Origin: Escherichia phage vB_Eco_TB37
DNA length: 64,000 nt
Direction: 5' to 3' (one strand)
Sequence record: OZ035850
The translations under genes were made by a program, and so were the position numbers. How positions within the stretch are numbered: position 1 is the stretch's first letter; every line of letters begins with the position of its first letter. The notes below the pieces were generated by a model. It worked only from the letters and a program-made list of their open reading frames with translations, was not told where the DNA came from and searched no databases. Positions 1 through 10,049 of the stretch are shown piece by piece.

Positions 1-1
1 T

Positions 2-1399
2 CAGGCATTTGGTTCTTTCTTAACAGAAGCTGAAATCGGTGGTGACCACGGTTACAATGCTACCAACATCGCTGCAGGTCAGACTTCTGGCGCAGTAACT
101 CAGATTGGCCCAGCTGTTATGGGTATGGTACGTCGTGCTATTCCTAACCTGATTGCTTTCGATATTTGTGGTGTTCAGCCGATGAACAGCCCAACCGGTC
201 AGGTATTCGCACTCCGCGCGGTATATGGTAAAGATCCGATCGCTGCCGGTGCTAAAGAAGCATTCCACCCAATGTATGGTCCAGATGCAATGTTCTCTGG
301 TCAGGGTGCTGCTAAGAAATTCCCAGCTCTGGCTGCTAGCACAGAAACCACAGTAGGTGATATCTATACTCACTTCTTCCAGGACACTGGTACTGTGTAT
401 CTGCAAGCTTCTGCTCAAGTAACAATTAGTGCAAGCGCAACTGATGCAGATAAATTAGATGCTGAAATTAAGAAACAAATGGAAGCTGGTGCACTGGTAG
501 AAATCGCTGAAGGTATGGCTACTTCTATCGCTGAACTCCAGGAAGGTTTCAACGGTTCTACCGATAACCCATGGAATGAAATGGGCTTCCGTATCGATAA
601 ACAAGTTATCGAAGCTAAATCTCGCCAGCTGAAAGCTGCTTACTCTATCGAATTAGCACAAGACCTCCGCGCTGTTCACGGTATGGATGCTGACGCTGAA
701 CTGTCTGGTATTCTGGCTACAGAAATTATGCTGGAAATCAACCGTGAAGTTGTTGATTGGATTAACTACTCCGCACAGGTTGGTAAATCTGGTATGACCC
801 TGACTCCGGGTTCTAAAGCTGGTGTATTTGACTTCCAGGATCCGATTGATATTCGTGGTGCTCGCTGGGCGGGTGAATCCTTTAAAGCTCTGTTGTTCCA
901 GATTGACAAAGAAGCAGTTGAAATTGCTCGTCAAACCGGTCGCGGCGAAGGTAACTTCATTATCGCTTCTCGTAACGTAGTTAACGTACTGGCTTCTGTT
1001 GATACTGGCATTTCTTATGCTGCTCAAGGTTTGGCAACCGGTTTTAATACTGATACTACTAAGTCAGTATTTGCAGGTGTTCTGGGTGGTAAATACCGTG
1101 TATATATCGACCAGTATGCTAAACAGGATTATTTCACTGTAGGTTATAAAGGTCCGAACGAAATGGATGCTGGTATTTACTATGCTCCATATGTAGCTCT
1201 GACTCCGCTGCGTGGTTCCGATCCGAAGAACTTCCAACCAGTAATGGGATTCAAAACTCGTTACGGTATCGGTATCAACCCATTTGCAGAATCCGCTGCT
1301 CAGGCTCCGGCTTCTCGCATTCAGAGTGGTATGCCTTCTATCCTGAACAGCCTTGGTAAGAACGCTTACTTCCGCCGTGTATATGTTAAAGGTATCTAA
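2..1399 (+). CDS. 23: Major capsid protein gp23, 5'-truncated at window edge
   Basis: Frame open from position 2; translation matches T4 gp23 C-terminal region (…GVQPMNSPTGQVFALRAVYGKDP… to …FRRVYVKGI). Confidence 0.96.
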   Translation, partial: QAFGSFLTEAEIGGDHGYNATNIAAGQTSGAVTQIGPAVMGMVRRAIPNLIAFDICGVQPMNSPTGQVFALRAVYGKDPIAAGAKEAFHPMYGPDAMFSGQGAAKKFPALAASTETTVGDIYTHFFQDTGTVYLQASAQVTISASATDADKLDAEIKKQMEAGALVEIAEGMATSIAELQEGFNGSTDNPWNEMGFRIDKQVIEAKSRQLKAAYSIELAQDLRAVHGMDADAELSGILATEIMLEINREVVDWINYSAQVGKSGMTLTPGSKAGVFDFQDPIDIRGARWAGESFKALLFQIDKEAVEIARQTGRGEGNFIIASRNVVNVLASVDTGISYAAQGLATGFNTDTTKSVFAGVLGGKYRVYIDQYAKQDYFTVGYKGPNEMDAGIYYAPYVALTPLRGSDPKNFQPVMGFKTRYGIGINPFAESAAQAPASRIQSGMPSILNSLGKNAYFRRVYVKGI

Positions 1400-1412
1400 T
1401 CTTTGACGATTT

Positions 1413-1444
1413 AAGGGACCTTCGGGTCCCTTTAGTTGTTTTTA
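1413..1444 (+). terminator. Rho-independent terminator after gene 23
   Basis: AGGGACC-TTCG-GGTCCCT hairpin followed by a T-rich tract. Confidence 0.75.
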
Positions 1445-1447
1445 TGG

Positions 1448-1455
1448 TATAAATA
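1448..1455 (+). promoter_or_regulatory. Late promoter (TATAAATA) for gene 24
   Basis: Exact TATAAATA 28 nt upstream of the gene 24 ATG. Confidence 0.7.
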
Positions 1456-1482
1456 AATCATATAAACCAAAAGGAAAGCGCA

Positions 1483-2766
1483 ATGGCTAAAATCAACGAA
1501 CTTCTGCGCGAATCAACCACAACGAATAGCAACTCAATCGGTCGCCCAAATCTCGTTGCTTTGACTCGCGCTACCACTAAATTAATATATTCTGACATTG
1601 TAGCAACGCAAAGAACTAATCAACCTGTTGCTGCTTTTTATGGTATCAAATACCTTAACCCAGACAATGAATTTACATTTAAAACTGGTGCTACTTATGC
1701 TGGCGAAGCTGGATATGTAGACCGAGAACAAATCACAGAATTAACAGAAGAGTCTAAATTAACTCTCAATAAAGGCGATTTATTCAAATATAATAATATC
1801 GTTTATAAAGTATTAGAAGATACACCATTTGCTGATATTGAAGAAAGCGATTTAGAATTAGCTCTTCAGATTGCAATTGTTCTTTTAAAGGTTCGTTTAT
1901 TTTCTGACGCAGCATCAACAAGCAAATTTGAAAGCTCTGATAGTGAAATTGCGGATGCTAGATTCCAGATTAATAAATGGCAAACCGCCGTTAAATCTCG
2001 TAAACTTAAAACTGGCATCACAGTTGAATTAGCACAAGATTTAGAAGCAAATGGATTCGATGCTCCTAATTTCTTGGAAGATTTGCTTGCAACCGAAATG
2101 GCGGATGAAATCAATAAAGATATTCTGCAGTCTTTGATTACAGTGTCAAAACGCTATAAAGTTACAGGAATTACTGATAGTGGATTCATCGATTTGAGTT
2201 ATGCATCTGCACCTGAAGCGGGTCGTTCATTATATCGAATGGTATGTGAAATGGTTTCACATATCCAAAAAGAATCAACTTATACAGCAACATTTTGTGT
2301 AGCTTCAGCTCGTGCTGCTGCGATTCTTGCTGCATCAGGTTGGTTAAAACATAAACCGGAAGATGATAAATATCTTTCACAAAATGCCTACGGGTTCTTA
2401 GCTAATGGTTTACCGCTTTATTGCGATACTAACAGCCCATTAGATTATGTAATCGTTGGTGTAGTAGAAAATATCGGTGAAAAAGAAATTGTTGGATCAA
2501 TTTTCTATGCTCCGTATACAGAAGGTCTCGACTTAGATGACCCTGAACATGTAGGTGCATTTAAAGTTGTTGTTGATCCAGAAAGCTTACAGCCGTCTAT
2601 CGGTTTATTAGTTAGATATGCTTTATCAGCAAATCCTTATACCGTAGCAAAAGATGAAAAAGAAGCAAGAATAATTGACGGTGGAGACATGGATAAAATG
2701 GCTGGTCGTTCAGATTTGTCTGTTTTATTAGGTGTTAAATTACCAAAAATTATTATTGATGAATAA
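1483..2766 (+). CDS. 24: Capsid vertex protein gp24
   Basis: 427 aa, N-terminus MAKINELLRESTTTNS as in T4 gp24; paralogous to gp23; late promoter upstream. Confidence 0.96.
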   Translation: MAKINELLRESTTTNSNSIGRPNLVALTRATTKLIYSDIVATQRTNQPVAAFYGIKYLNPDNEFTFKTGATYAGEAGYVDREQITELTEESKLTLNKGDLFKYNNIVYKVLEDTPFADIEESDLELALQIAIVLLKVRLFSDAASTSKFESSDSEIADARFQINKWQTAVKSRKLKTGITVELAQDLEANGFDAPNFLEDLLATEMADEINKDILQSLITVSKRYKVTGITDSGFIDLSYASAPEAGRSLYRMVCEMVSHIQKESTYTATFCVASARAAAILAASGWLKHKPEDDKYLSQNAYGFLANGLPLYCDTNSPLDYVIVGVVENIGEKEIVGSIFYAPYTEGLDLDDPEHVGAFKVVVDPESLQPSIGLLVRYALSANPYTVAKDEKEARIIDGGDMDKMAGRSDLSVLLGVKLPKIIIDE

Positions 2767-2768
2767 AG

Positions 2769-2797
2769 CAAAGGGACCTTTCGGTCCCTTTTTATTT
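2769..2797. terminator. Bidirectional terminator between gene 24 and rnlB
   Basis: AAGGGACC-TTTC-GGTCCCTT hairpin flanked by A-run and T-run between convergent genes. Confidence 0.75.
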
Positions 2798-3800
2798 AGC
2801 TCACCAACTCAATCCAAGCTGGACGAAGTACATCTTGTACCATTTTAACTAATTCCTTCTTAATCAAAGAAGGATTATCTGCTTGAGTTAGAGTAATACC
2901 TTCACGAGAAGTTTCTTCCAAAATATCTTGAACAGTTAGCCCCATCACCTTTCCAAAATCCTTTGGACCAATTTCGCCAATTTTAGAAATAACGTTATTT
3001 ACCCGGTTCAGTGTAACGTAACAAGCTAAAATTCCCACCAATTTGTTATCAGCTTCTGATAGTTCAACTTTAGCTTTAATAGGCTTATCAGACTTTTTCT
3101 TTTCACTAAATTTGGAATTCTTGCATTTAATCGCTACACGATTGCGATTAGGCAGCCAAGAAGGATAACAAGGTTTCAATACATATCCTTCAGCGGTAAA
3201 TACTTCGCCTTTTGCTTCGGCATTCCAAACGCATTTATTTGCATCAACTAATCCAGCATGGTCTACTGTAAAATTATAATCTTGGACGACAGAATCTAAA
3301 TCATTTGGCAATTTAATAAGTTCTTCAAATTTACCGCGACCTAAAAGTGGAGCCATTTTAAATTTAAACGTATTACAGAATGATTCCATCATATAATCAT
3401 CGACATAAGTCACATCACCACTTTCTGTAGTAACAATAATGTCAAATACATAAAAATCTTTATCGCCATAATCAACATTCTTCTGAATGCCAGGTCCAGC
3501 GAATTCGCCAAAGACTTGATAAGATACAACCGCTGAGGTTTCCATAATATCTTGTACTGCTTTAATGGAATCAGCGTAATTCTTCAAAATAATTTCATAC
3601 CCAAAGAAATCTTCAGCAGGAAGAATCGGTCCAGTACGTTTAGCACAAGTTACTTTATCACGCTCAATAATCAATGAAAAGTTTGTACCATGAATCTTTT
3701 CACGAGCTACCCATTCGCCGCCAGTCAATCCTAAACTGTAAAGTTTTTCAATAAATTTAGAGTTGTAATGATTTTCAAGACTGCTATACTTTTTAAACAT
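2796..3800 (-). CDS. rnlB: RNA ligase 2
   Basis: 334 aa, [17 protein letters not shown]-terminus as T4 Rnl2; nucleotidyltransferase motif I EKIHGTN. Confidence 0.95.
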   Translation of the reverse strand: MFKKYSSLENHYNSKFIEKLYSLGLTGGEWVAREKIHGTNFSLIIERDKVTCAKRTGPILPAEDFFGYEIILKNYADSIKAVQDIMETSAVVSYQVFGEFAGPGIQKNVDYGDKDFYVFDIIVTTESGDVTYVDDYMMESFCNTFKFKMAPLLGRGKFEELIKLPNDLDSVVQDYNFTVDHAGLVDANKCVWNAEAKGEVFTAEGYVLKPCYPSWLPNRNRVAIKCKNSKFSEKKKSDKPIKAKVELSEADNKLVGILACYVTLNRVNNVISKIGEIGPKDFGKVMGLTVQDILEETSREGITLTQADNPSLIKKELVKMVQDVLRPAWIELVS

Positions 3801-3809
3801 AATTAATCC

Positions 3810-4088
3810 TCAAAATGTAATTTCTAACCAATCACCATCACGCTGATCACTATTGACTTTAAAGCTAAATCCTTCTTTTCTCAGCCAATCACCAATTTCT
3901 TCAGTAATCAATTTATCGCGAGCAGTACAATAATAACTAAAATATGTTTTACCTTGTTCAGCTGCTTTATTAGCAAGTTCCGAAAAATCTTTAATAAAAC
4001 ACTCTAGTTTAAACTGTTTACTTTTAAGTGCTTTTTCGCGTAATTGATTAGCAAAAGATTCATTTTCATAAAGATCATACTGTTCCAT
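3810..4088 (-). CDS. Hypothetical protein (T4 24.2 position)
   Basis: 92-aa ORF in early-gene orientation between rnlB and hoc. Confidence 0.6.
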   Translation of the reverse strand: MEQYDLYENESFANQLREKALKSKQFKLECFIKDFSELANKAAEQGKTYFSYYCTARDKLITEEIGDWLRKEGFSFKVNSDQRDGDWLEITF

Positions 4089-4290
4089 TTTTCACCTTTT
4101 TATTAATATGTCTTTTTCTATAGACAACTTTTTCTCGAGTCTCAAATTTATTTTTAGCAGTCATAGCTCGAGCCCATAATACAGCCACTTCTTTTGCCTG
4201 TAAGTTCAATTCACGAGCAATTTCAATGAATGACTTTCCAGACTCATGAAGAGTAAACACCACAACCTCAGTTCTCATAATCAATCTCAT
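4075..4290 (-). CDS. Hypothetical protein (T4 24.3 position)
   Basis: 71-aa ORF overlapping the preceding ORF by 14 nt. Confidence 0.55.
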   Translation of the reverse strand: MRLIMRTEVVVFTLHESGKSFIEIARELNLQAKEVAVLWARAMTAKNKFETREKVVYRKRHINKKVKNGTV

Positions 4291-4339
4291 GTTATCGAGT
4301 GGGTGCCATTATATACATCATTTTCTGATTGTGTTTTGT

Positions 4340-4376
4340 GTGCTTTCAAAATGAAGAAAGGGGCCGAAGCCCCTAA
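4340..4376 (-). terminator. Terminator downstream of hoc
   Basis: GGGGC-CGAA-GCCCC hairpin followed on the minus strand by a T-rich tract. Confidence 0.55.
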
Positions 4377-4378
4377 GA

Positions 4379-5509
4379 TTATGGATAGGTATAGATGATA
4401 CCAGTTTCTAAAGCAGTTTTATGAATGATGTATCCATTGCGCGATTCTTGAACATCAACTTCTGGGTAGTCTTTCATCATCTTCTGAAGAGTGTAACGAT
4501 GCAAGTAGTACTTACTATCTGGGTCGTCAGTTTTCCAATCTTTACCTTCTTCAGTCATTTTTTGGATTTCATCCATAACCCACCAACCGCACCAGATATA
4601 AGCTGAAGTACGATGTGGAAGAGGATGAACATAAGGTAATTCACCTTCTGGTTCCGGAGCAACTTTATCAGTCACTTGAACTTGGCCTTCTGCTGTAATA
4701 GTTTTGCTATCATAATCAGCGGCGGTAACAGTTGCAGTAACTTCAATGGTTTGACTTCCAATAGATGATGTATCAACGGTGTATACATTAGTTGACCCTT
4801 CTACAGGAGAAGAATCTTTCTTCCATGAATATTCGATTTGTGCTTCTTCTGGAGCATCCGTAACATTAGCCGTAAATGTAGCCGAAGCATCTTGCTGGAC
4901 GTTAATAGAAGGAGGAGTCAATGTAACCTGTGGATTCATTGTTTTCTTATTAACTGTCAATGACACTTCATTAGAAGTAACTTCCTTTGCATCATAATCT
5001 GTCGCTGTTACTTGGGCTACGCATTTAATTCTTTTTACTCCACTTGTAGTTGGAGTATAGCTAAATGTAGCGGAAGTTGCTTCACTAACAGGAGAATCAT
5101 CTACATACCACTGATACGTAGCAGATACACTTGGTGGCTGTGAATCTAAAGCAGCGGTAAATTCAACAGCTGTTCCGATTACTCCAGCATCAGGGCTACC
5201 AGGAGTTACTGCCAAGGTAGTTGTTTGTGTCTTATTTTGAACTGTGATAGTTGTACTAATTTCAGCTGTTTCGGGACTACTATCGGCAACTTGATTGGTT
5301 GCAACTACTTTAATAGTTTTTTGACCGGCAGGTCCTTTTAGTACATAACTAAAAGTTGCTGACGTTTCTTCCTGTGGTGCATCATCAACAGTCCAAGCAT
5401 ATGTAATAGGTCCATCTCCAGTTTGACCACTGGGTGTAGCAGTAAACTGCTGAGTCTGATCTATAACTCCAGTAGGTGTTTTAGGAGTTATATCAACTGT
5501 AAAAGCCAT
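4379..5509 (-). CDS. hoc: Head outer capsid protein Hoc
   Basis: 376 aa; Ig-like repeats and C-terminus …YIIHKTALETGIIYTYP as in T4 Hoc. Confidence 0.95.
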   Translation of the reverse strand: MAFTVDITPKTPTGVIDQTQQFTATPSGQTGDGPITYAWTVDDAPQEETSATFSYVLKGPAGQKTIKVVATNQVADSSPETAEISTTITVQNKTQTTTLAVTPGSPDAGVIGTAVEFTAALDSQPPSVSATYQWYVDDSPVSEATSATFSYTPTTSGVKRIKCVAQVTATDYDAKEVTSNEVSLTVNKKTMNPQVTLTPPSINVQQDASATFTANVTDAPEEAQIEYSWKKDSSPVEGSTNVYTVDTSSIGSQTIEVTATVTAADYDSKTITAEGQVQVTDKVAPEPEGELPYVHPLPHRTSAYIWCGWWVMDEIQKMTEEGKDWKTDDPDSKYYLHRYTLQKMMKDYPEVDVQESRNGYIIHKTALETGIIYTYP

Positions 5510-5518
5510 AAGTTATCC

Positions 5519-6199
5519 TTATTTTAATGTTACGAAAGAAGAATTGCGTGTTTCACGAATTAAAACTGATCCGTCACGGTTAATGTAATAAATTAAGCTA
5601 AATAAAGTTTGGTGTGCTGACGCGTGTTCAAAACTAGTTGGGTGAGATTTCCAATCAGGAGTTTCAGCAATCCATTGATAAATCCACCAAGGAACAGTGC
5701 AGAATCCTGGATTTTTTCCAATCAGCTGAAGATTTGGGCTAAAGTTTTCTGGAAGAGTAAATACAGACGGCTTTTCAGATTCAATAATCTCAGCTACAGC
5801 CTGTTCGAATTTTTCTTCAACAAAAGGAGTATCTTCAATCAAAACATCGGTATTTTCAGGAATTTTATCCGTTTCTACTACTTCAATTTTAATGTCAGAT
5901 TTAACCGGAGAATCAATCAGAAGTGCTGCCTCTGGATTGACTTCTTCATCGTCATATTTTAATCCGTCTGCAGCATCAGCAGCATCAATTAAGTCTTTAA
6001 TAGATAACCCATCAGTCTCTGGCATAGGTTCACTAGCGAGCTTCTGGAGGGCTTCTTCAATATCATTAACGATATTATCAAAAGATTTATTCTTTTTGAC
6101 CTTTATACCAAACTGTTCAGCATATTCAGCTAATTTAGCTTTAGCTTCTTTATTATCATCAAGAGCCTTCAGCTCTGCAATATAATCTTTATCTATCAT
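5519..6199 (-). CDS. inh: Inh, inhibitor of prohead protease
   Basis: 226 aa, position between hoc and uvsW and length match T4 inh. Confidence 0.8.
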   Translation of the reverse strand: MIDKDYIAELKALDDNKEAKAKLAEYAEQFGIKVKKNKSFDNIVNDIEEALQKLASEPMPETDGLSIKDLIDAADAADGLKYDDEEVNPEAALLIDSPVKSDIKIEVVETDKIPENTDVLIEDTPFVEEKFEQAVAEIIESEKPSVFTLPENFSPNLQLIGKNPGFCTVPWWIYQWIAETPDWKSHPTSFEHASAHQTLFSLIYYINRDGSVLIRETRNSSFVTLK

Positions 6200-6212
6200 A
6201 ATATTTCCTCAG

Positions 6213-6220
6213 TATAAATA
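6213..6220 (+). promoter_or_regulatory. Late promoter (TATAAATA) for uvsW
   Basis: Exact TATAAATA 30 nt upstream of the uvsW ATG. Confidence 0.7.
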
Positions 6221-6249
6221 TAGATATATTTATTACATGGTATTTAGAC

Positions 6250-7761
6250 ATGACTGACATTAAAGTACATTTTTATGATTTTAGTCACGTGAGAATTGAT
6301 TGTGAAGAAAGTACATTTCATGAACTCCGTGATTTCTTTAGCTTTGAAGCTGATGGGTATCGTTTTAATCCGAAATACAAATATGGCCACTGGGATGGAC
6401 GAATCCGTCTTTTAGATTATAATCGTCTTCTTCCATTCGGCTTAGTCGGGCAAATTAAAAAGTTCTGTGATAACTTTGGCTATAAAGCCTGGATTGACCC
6501 ACAGATTAACGAAAAAGAAGAATTATCAAGAAAAGATTTTGATGAATGGCTTTCTAAATTAGAAATCTATTCAGGAAATAAAAGAATTGAACCGCACTGG
6601 TATCAAAAAGATGCAGTGTTCGAAGGATTAGTTAATCGTCGTAGAATTCTTAATCTTCCAACATCTGCAGGTAAATCTTTAATTCAAGCTTTGCTTGCGC
6701 GATATTATTTGGAAAATTATGAAGGTAAAATTCTTATCATTGTTCCAACAACTGCTCTGACAACTCAGATGGCTGATGACTTCGTTGACTATCGTTTATT
6801 CAGTCATGCAATGATAAAGAAAATTGGTGGCGGAGCATCAAAAGATGATAAATATAAAAATGATGCACCAGTTGTTGTTGGTACATGGCAAACTGTAGTA
6901 AAACAACCAAAAGAATGGTTCTCACAGTTTGGAATGATGATGAATGATGAATGCCATCTTGCTACAGGAAAAAGTATTTCATCTATCATATCAGGTTTAA
7001 ATAACTGCATGTTCAAATTCGGTTTGTCTGGTTCATTACGTGATGGTAAAGCCAATATCATGCAGTATGTTGGAATGTTTGGTGAAATATTTAAGCCAGT
7101 AACGACTTCTAAGTTAATGGAAGATGGACAAGTAACTGAGCTAAAAATTAATAGTATTTTTCTTCGCTATCCCGATGAGTTCACTACTAAATTAAAGGGA
7201 AAAACTTATCAAGAAGAAATAAAAATTATTACGGGGCTCAGTAAAAGAAATAAATGGATCGCTAAATTAGCTATTAAGCTTGCGCAAAAAGATGAAAACG
7301 CTTTTGTCATGTTTAAACATGTATCGCATGGTAAAGCTATTTTCGATTTAATTAAAAATGAATACGATAAAGTTTATTACGTATCAGGGGAAGTTGATAC
7401 CGAAACCCGCAATATAATGAAAACCTTAGCTGAAAATGGTAAAGGAATAATTATAGTAGCTAGTTATGGTGTATTTTCTACTGGTATTTCAGTTAAAAAT
7501 CTGCATCACGTTGTTTTAGCGCACGGTGTTAAATCAAAAATCATTGTATTACAAACAATCGGTCGTGTATTACGTAAGCATGGTTCTAAGACAATAGCAA
7601 CCGTCTGGGACCTCATAGATGATTGTGGCGTTAAGCCAAAATCTGCTAATACGAAAAAGAAATATGTTCATTTGAACTATCTTTTAAAACACGGCATTGA
7701 TCGTATTCAGCGCTATGCAGATGAAAAATTTAATTACGTAATGAAAACAGTTAATTTATAA
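6250..7761 (+). CDS. uvsW: UvsW DNA/RNA helicase
   Basis: 503 aa; Walker A PTSAGKS and DECH box; N-terminus as T4 UvsW. Confidence 0.96.
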   Translation: MTDIKVHFYDFSHVRIDCEESTFHELRDFFSFEADGYRFNPKYKYGHWDGRIRLLDYNRLLPFGLVGQIKKFCDNFGYKAWIDPQINEKEELSRKDFDEWLSKLEIYSGNKRIEPHWYQKDAVFEGLVNRRRILNLPTSAGKSLIQALLARYYLENYEGKILIIVPTTALTTQMADDFVDYRLFSHAMIKKIGGGASKDDKYKNDAPVVVGTWQTVVKQPKEWFSQFGMMMNDECHLATGKSISSIISGLNNCMFKFGLSGSLRDGKANIMQYVGMFGEIFKPVTTSKLMEDGQVTELKINSIFLRYPDEFTTKLKGKTYQEEIKIITGLSKRNKWIAKLAIKLAQKDENAFVMFKHVSHGKAIFDLIKNEYDKVYYVSGEVDTETRNIMKTLAENGKGIIIVASYGVFSTGISVKNLHHVVLAHGVKSKIIVLQTIGRVLRKHGSKTIATVWDLIDDCGVKPKSANTKKKYVHLNYLLKHGIDRIQRYADEKFNYVMKTVNL

Positions 7762-7786
7762 GGGCTTCGGCCCTTTGGAGAAAAAG

Positions 7787-8017
7787 ATGTTACTAGAATT
7801 TAAACAATTTCTTTATGAAGCTTCTATTGATGAATTTATGGGTAAAATTGCCTCTTGTCAAACATTAGAAGGTTTAGAAGAACTTGAAGCTTATTATAAG
7901 AAAAGAGTCAAAGAAACTGAATTAAAAGATACTGATGACATCTCTGTGAGAGATGCTTTGGCAGGAAAAAGAGCTGAATTAGAAGATTCAGACGATGAAG
8001 TAGAAGAAAGCTTTTAA
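7787..8017 (+). CDS. uvsW.1: UvsW.1 small acidic protein
   Basis: ATG at 7787 with GGAG 8 nt upstream gives 76 aa; the ORF-track start at 7775 is TTG. Confidence 0.8.
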   Translation: MLLEFKQFLYEASIDEFMGKIASCQTLEGLEELEAYYKKRVKETELKDTDDISVRDALAGKRAELEDSDDEVEESF

Positions 8018-8095
8018 ATTAAAAAAGGCCCAACCAAAAAGGAAGGGCCAAAACTATAGACTAAAGGTCACACTATAGCAAAAGTTGTGTTTCAT

Positions 8096-8242
8096 TTAAT
8101 TGTTCTTCCGAACTTTCTGAAACTGGTAGTTCTTTAATGTAATTATAGCAAGGCCCAGGATGTACAGGACCTTTGTCTGTTTCAACAACCAATGCAGAAT
8201 CGATTGGAGTTTTACAGACAACACAAATCTTATCTGACATGA
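8096..8242 (-). CDS. Small Cys-containing protein (T4 uvsY.-2 position)
   Basis: 48-aa ORF read by hand (MSDKICVVCKTP…GPCYNY…); below the ORF-track size cutoff. Confidence 0.5.
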   Translation of the reverse strand, partial: SCQIRFVLSVKLQSILHWLLKQTKVLYILGLAIITLKNYQFQKVRKNN

Positions 8243-8269
8243 TTGTCTCCTCTGAATTATATATCCTAT

Positions 8270-8494
8270 TTATACAACTCTCATATGCATATCAATGCCC
8301 ATATCTTTAGAATAAAAATATTCATCAAGATATCCGGCAAATTTTCCTTTAATATAAAGGACATCTTCACCACACGGGTGGTCGGCCAGGATACGAATAT
8401 CCTGACGCTTAAGATTATACTTTTTCATTAAGAATTGAATCTCAGTTTCAAATTCTTCTTCATAATTAAAAGCATCATCAATGCTATATCTCAT
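8270..8494 (-). CDS. uvsY.-1: UvsY.-1
   Basis: 74 aa, matches T4 uvsY.-1 in sequence and position. Confidence 0.8.
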   Translation of the reverse strand: MRYSIDDAFNYEEEFETEIQFLMKKYNLKRQDIRILADHPCGEDVLYIKGKFAGYLDEYFYSKDMGIDMHMRVV

Positions 8495-8907
8495 TATTTT
8501 CCAGCCTCAAATGCTCGCATGTCTTGAATATGCTTAATAGCAAATCCACGTGATTTAATAGCATCAAGAGCTCCGCTACAGAAATCTAATAAAATCCCCC
8601 AATATTGTAACGAGGTATCAACCTTTAAAACATCCTTATCAGCTGATAGAACTGTCTTCATTTCTGATTTCTCGTAACGATCCATACTAAATTCATCACC
8701 ATCTCCTCGTCCCGAGTAGTAGTCTAATTTAGCTTTAAGAGCAACTTTCTTTTGCGCGTCAATTCTAAGCATTTCCTTTTTAATACTTGAATGCTTATTA
8801 AGCCATTTACTATATAACATCACATTATTAGCTGCTTCATACTGTAATTTAGTCGAATCTATAAACACATCTTTCTTCAATTCTTCTTGAAGATCTTCTA
8901 ATTTCAT
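8494..8907 (-). CDS. uvsY: UvsY recombination mediator
   Basis: 137 aa, near-identical to T4 UvsY; MotA-type middle promoter upstream. Confidence 0.95.
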   Translation of the reverse strand: MKLEDLQEELKKDVFIDSTKLQYEAANNVMLYSKWLNKHSSIKKEMLRIDAQKKVALKAKLDYYSGRGDGDEFSMDRYEKSEMKTVLSADKDVLKVDTSLQYWGILLDFCSGALDAIKSRGFAIKHIQDMRAFEAGK

Positions 8908-8946
8908 ATTGTTCTCTATTCAATTGTTATTGGATGGACTTAGATT

Positions 8947-8975
8947 CATTATACCACGTTTATACGTGAAGCATT
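8947..8975 (-). promoter_or_regulatory. MotA-dependent middle promoter for uvsY
   Basis: Minus strand reads TGCTTCA, 13-nt spacer, TATAAT (MotA box then sigma70 -10). Confidence 0.7.
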
Positions 8976-9372
8976 ATACTCTATTACTGGAAGCCAGTTG
9001 CAGTTTTATCTGCTCAATATCATCAGGATTATCGATGACTGAAAAGCGTATTTCTACTATCAGAGTATAATCATCATAAACCGGTATTACATTAACTGCT
9101 AATTTATCAATACGTGGCTCGTAGTTTCTTACTGCGCTTTCAATGTTACGCTCAACAGTATCAGCAGTAAGAGGAGTCATATTCTCAAAAAGCTGATCAG
9201 ATAAATCGCATCCAAATTCTGGGTCAAATGGCCTTGACCCTTTCCTGGTTGTAATAATTCCTAAAAGGCTATTTTTAATTGACCTTAATCCAAGAGATCT
9301 TGAAACATCTTTGTCCCAATCCATTTTCATTTCTGGGTCAATGTCAGAATAAAGCTTATTAATATTTGCCAT
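8974..9372 (-). CDS. 25: Baseplate wedge protein gp25
   Basis: 132 aa; start overlaps gene 26 stop (TAATG); hairpin-split RBS upstream. Confidence 0.95.
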   Translation of the reverse strand: MANINKLYSDIDPEMKMDWDKDVSRSLGLRSIKNSLLGIITTRKGSRPFDPEFGCDLSDQLFENMTPLTADTVERNIESAVRNYEPRIDKLAVNVIPVYDDYTLIVEIRFSVIDNPDDIEQIKLQLASSNRV

Positions 9373-9998
9373 TACAATAGCTCAAAGAATTCTTTGAGTC
9401 CTCTTATTACATGAGCGTGAGTTTTTCCACACTCTGGACACTTAATTGGAACAGCCAAATAAACAGTAGGCTTTAAAAGCATATCTTTTATAGCTACAAT
9501 ATCTGACTCTGTGATGATAGAATATAAATCTTCCAATTCTTTTTCATTTAAGTCTTCAACTGGAATGCTTTCACCGTTAGCATGAATCGTTTCTATACAT
9601 GATACTATCATGTGGGCTATATTTTTATCATCAAAAATTTTAGGGTAATGGAACTTAATTTTAATGTCACCCAGTGTATACCAGAGGTCTTCTGGTGCAT
9701 CTATTTGTGTATGTAATAGATTTATATGGGTTGATATTTCAGTTCCACAGGTGCACTTCCAGGAGTTTTCGTGATTAACTTCACCGAGAGAATGTGCCCA
9801 TAAATGAATCAACAATAGTTCTGATTCTTGGCGGTTTAAATCTTTTGCATTTGTGCAGTCTTTGATTAGCTTTTTAACAATTACTTCTACGGAACCATTA
9901 TTTTTGGCAGTAATAAGTTCTAGATATTCTTTAAGCGTGAATGCGCGACAATTGATTATTTTAGAACCAACTCTCACATCAAATTTGTATTCATACAT
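9372..9998 (-). CDS. 26: Baseplate hub protein gp26
   Basis: 208 aa; divergent from gene 51 with shared late promoter region. Confidence 0.92.
   Translation of the reverse strand: MYEYKFDVRVGSKIINCRAFTLKEYLELITAKNNGSVEVIVKKLIKDCTNAKDLNRQESELLLIHLWAHSLGEVNHENSWKCTCGTEISTHINLLHTQIDAPEDLWYTLGDIKIKFHYPKIFDDKNIAHMIVSCIETIHANGESIPVEDLNEKELEDLYSIITESDIVAIKDMLLKPTVYLAVPIKCPECGKTHAHVIRGLKEFFELL
9373..9404 (-). promoter_or_regulatory. Hairpin-split ribosome binding site of gene 25
   Basis: AGAGGA lies 26 nt before the ATG; the intervening CTCAAAG-AATT-CTTTGAG hairpin would bring them together. Confidence 0.65.
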
Positions 9999-10020
9999 AT
10001 TTTAGCTCCTTTATTTATCA

Positions 10021-10028
10021 TATTTATA
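10021..10028 (-). promoter_or_regulatory. Late promoter (TATAAATA) for genes 26-25
   Basis: Reverse complement of TATTTATA is TATAAATA, overlapping the gene 51 promoter by 4 bp. Confidence 0.6.
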
Positions 10029-10032
10029 AATA
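10025..10032 (+). promoter_or_regulatory. Late promoter (TATAAATA) for gene 51
   Basis: Exact TATAAATA 18 nt upstream of the gene 51 ATG, within TATTTATAAATA. Confidence 0.7.
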
Positions 10033-10049
10033 GAATAAAAGGAGCATCT

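Noticed and set aside
20-1027. Antisense ORFs inside gene 23 (20-418 and 653-1027, minus strand); similar antisense ORFs lie inside hoc, gp29, the Alt genes, nrdA, gp32, gp34, gp37, gp38 and gp52.
   Set aside because: They sit opposite genes whose products match T4 proteins over their full length and lack RBS or promoter support; they are chance open frames.
7761-7775. AGGGC-TTCG-GCCCT hairpin immediately after the uvsW stop, considered as a terminator.
   Set aside because: Only a short weak T tract follows and uvsW.1 starts 12 nt downstream with its RBS; more likely an RNA stability or RBS-structuring element.
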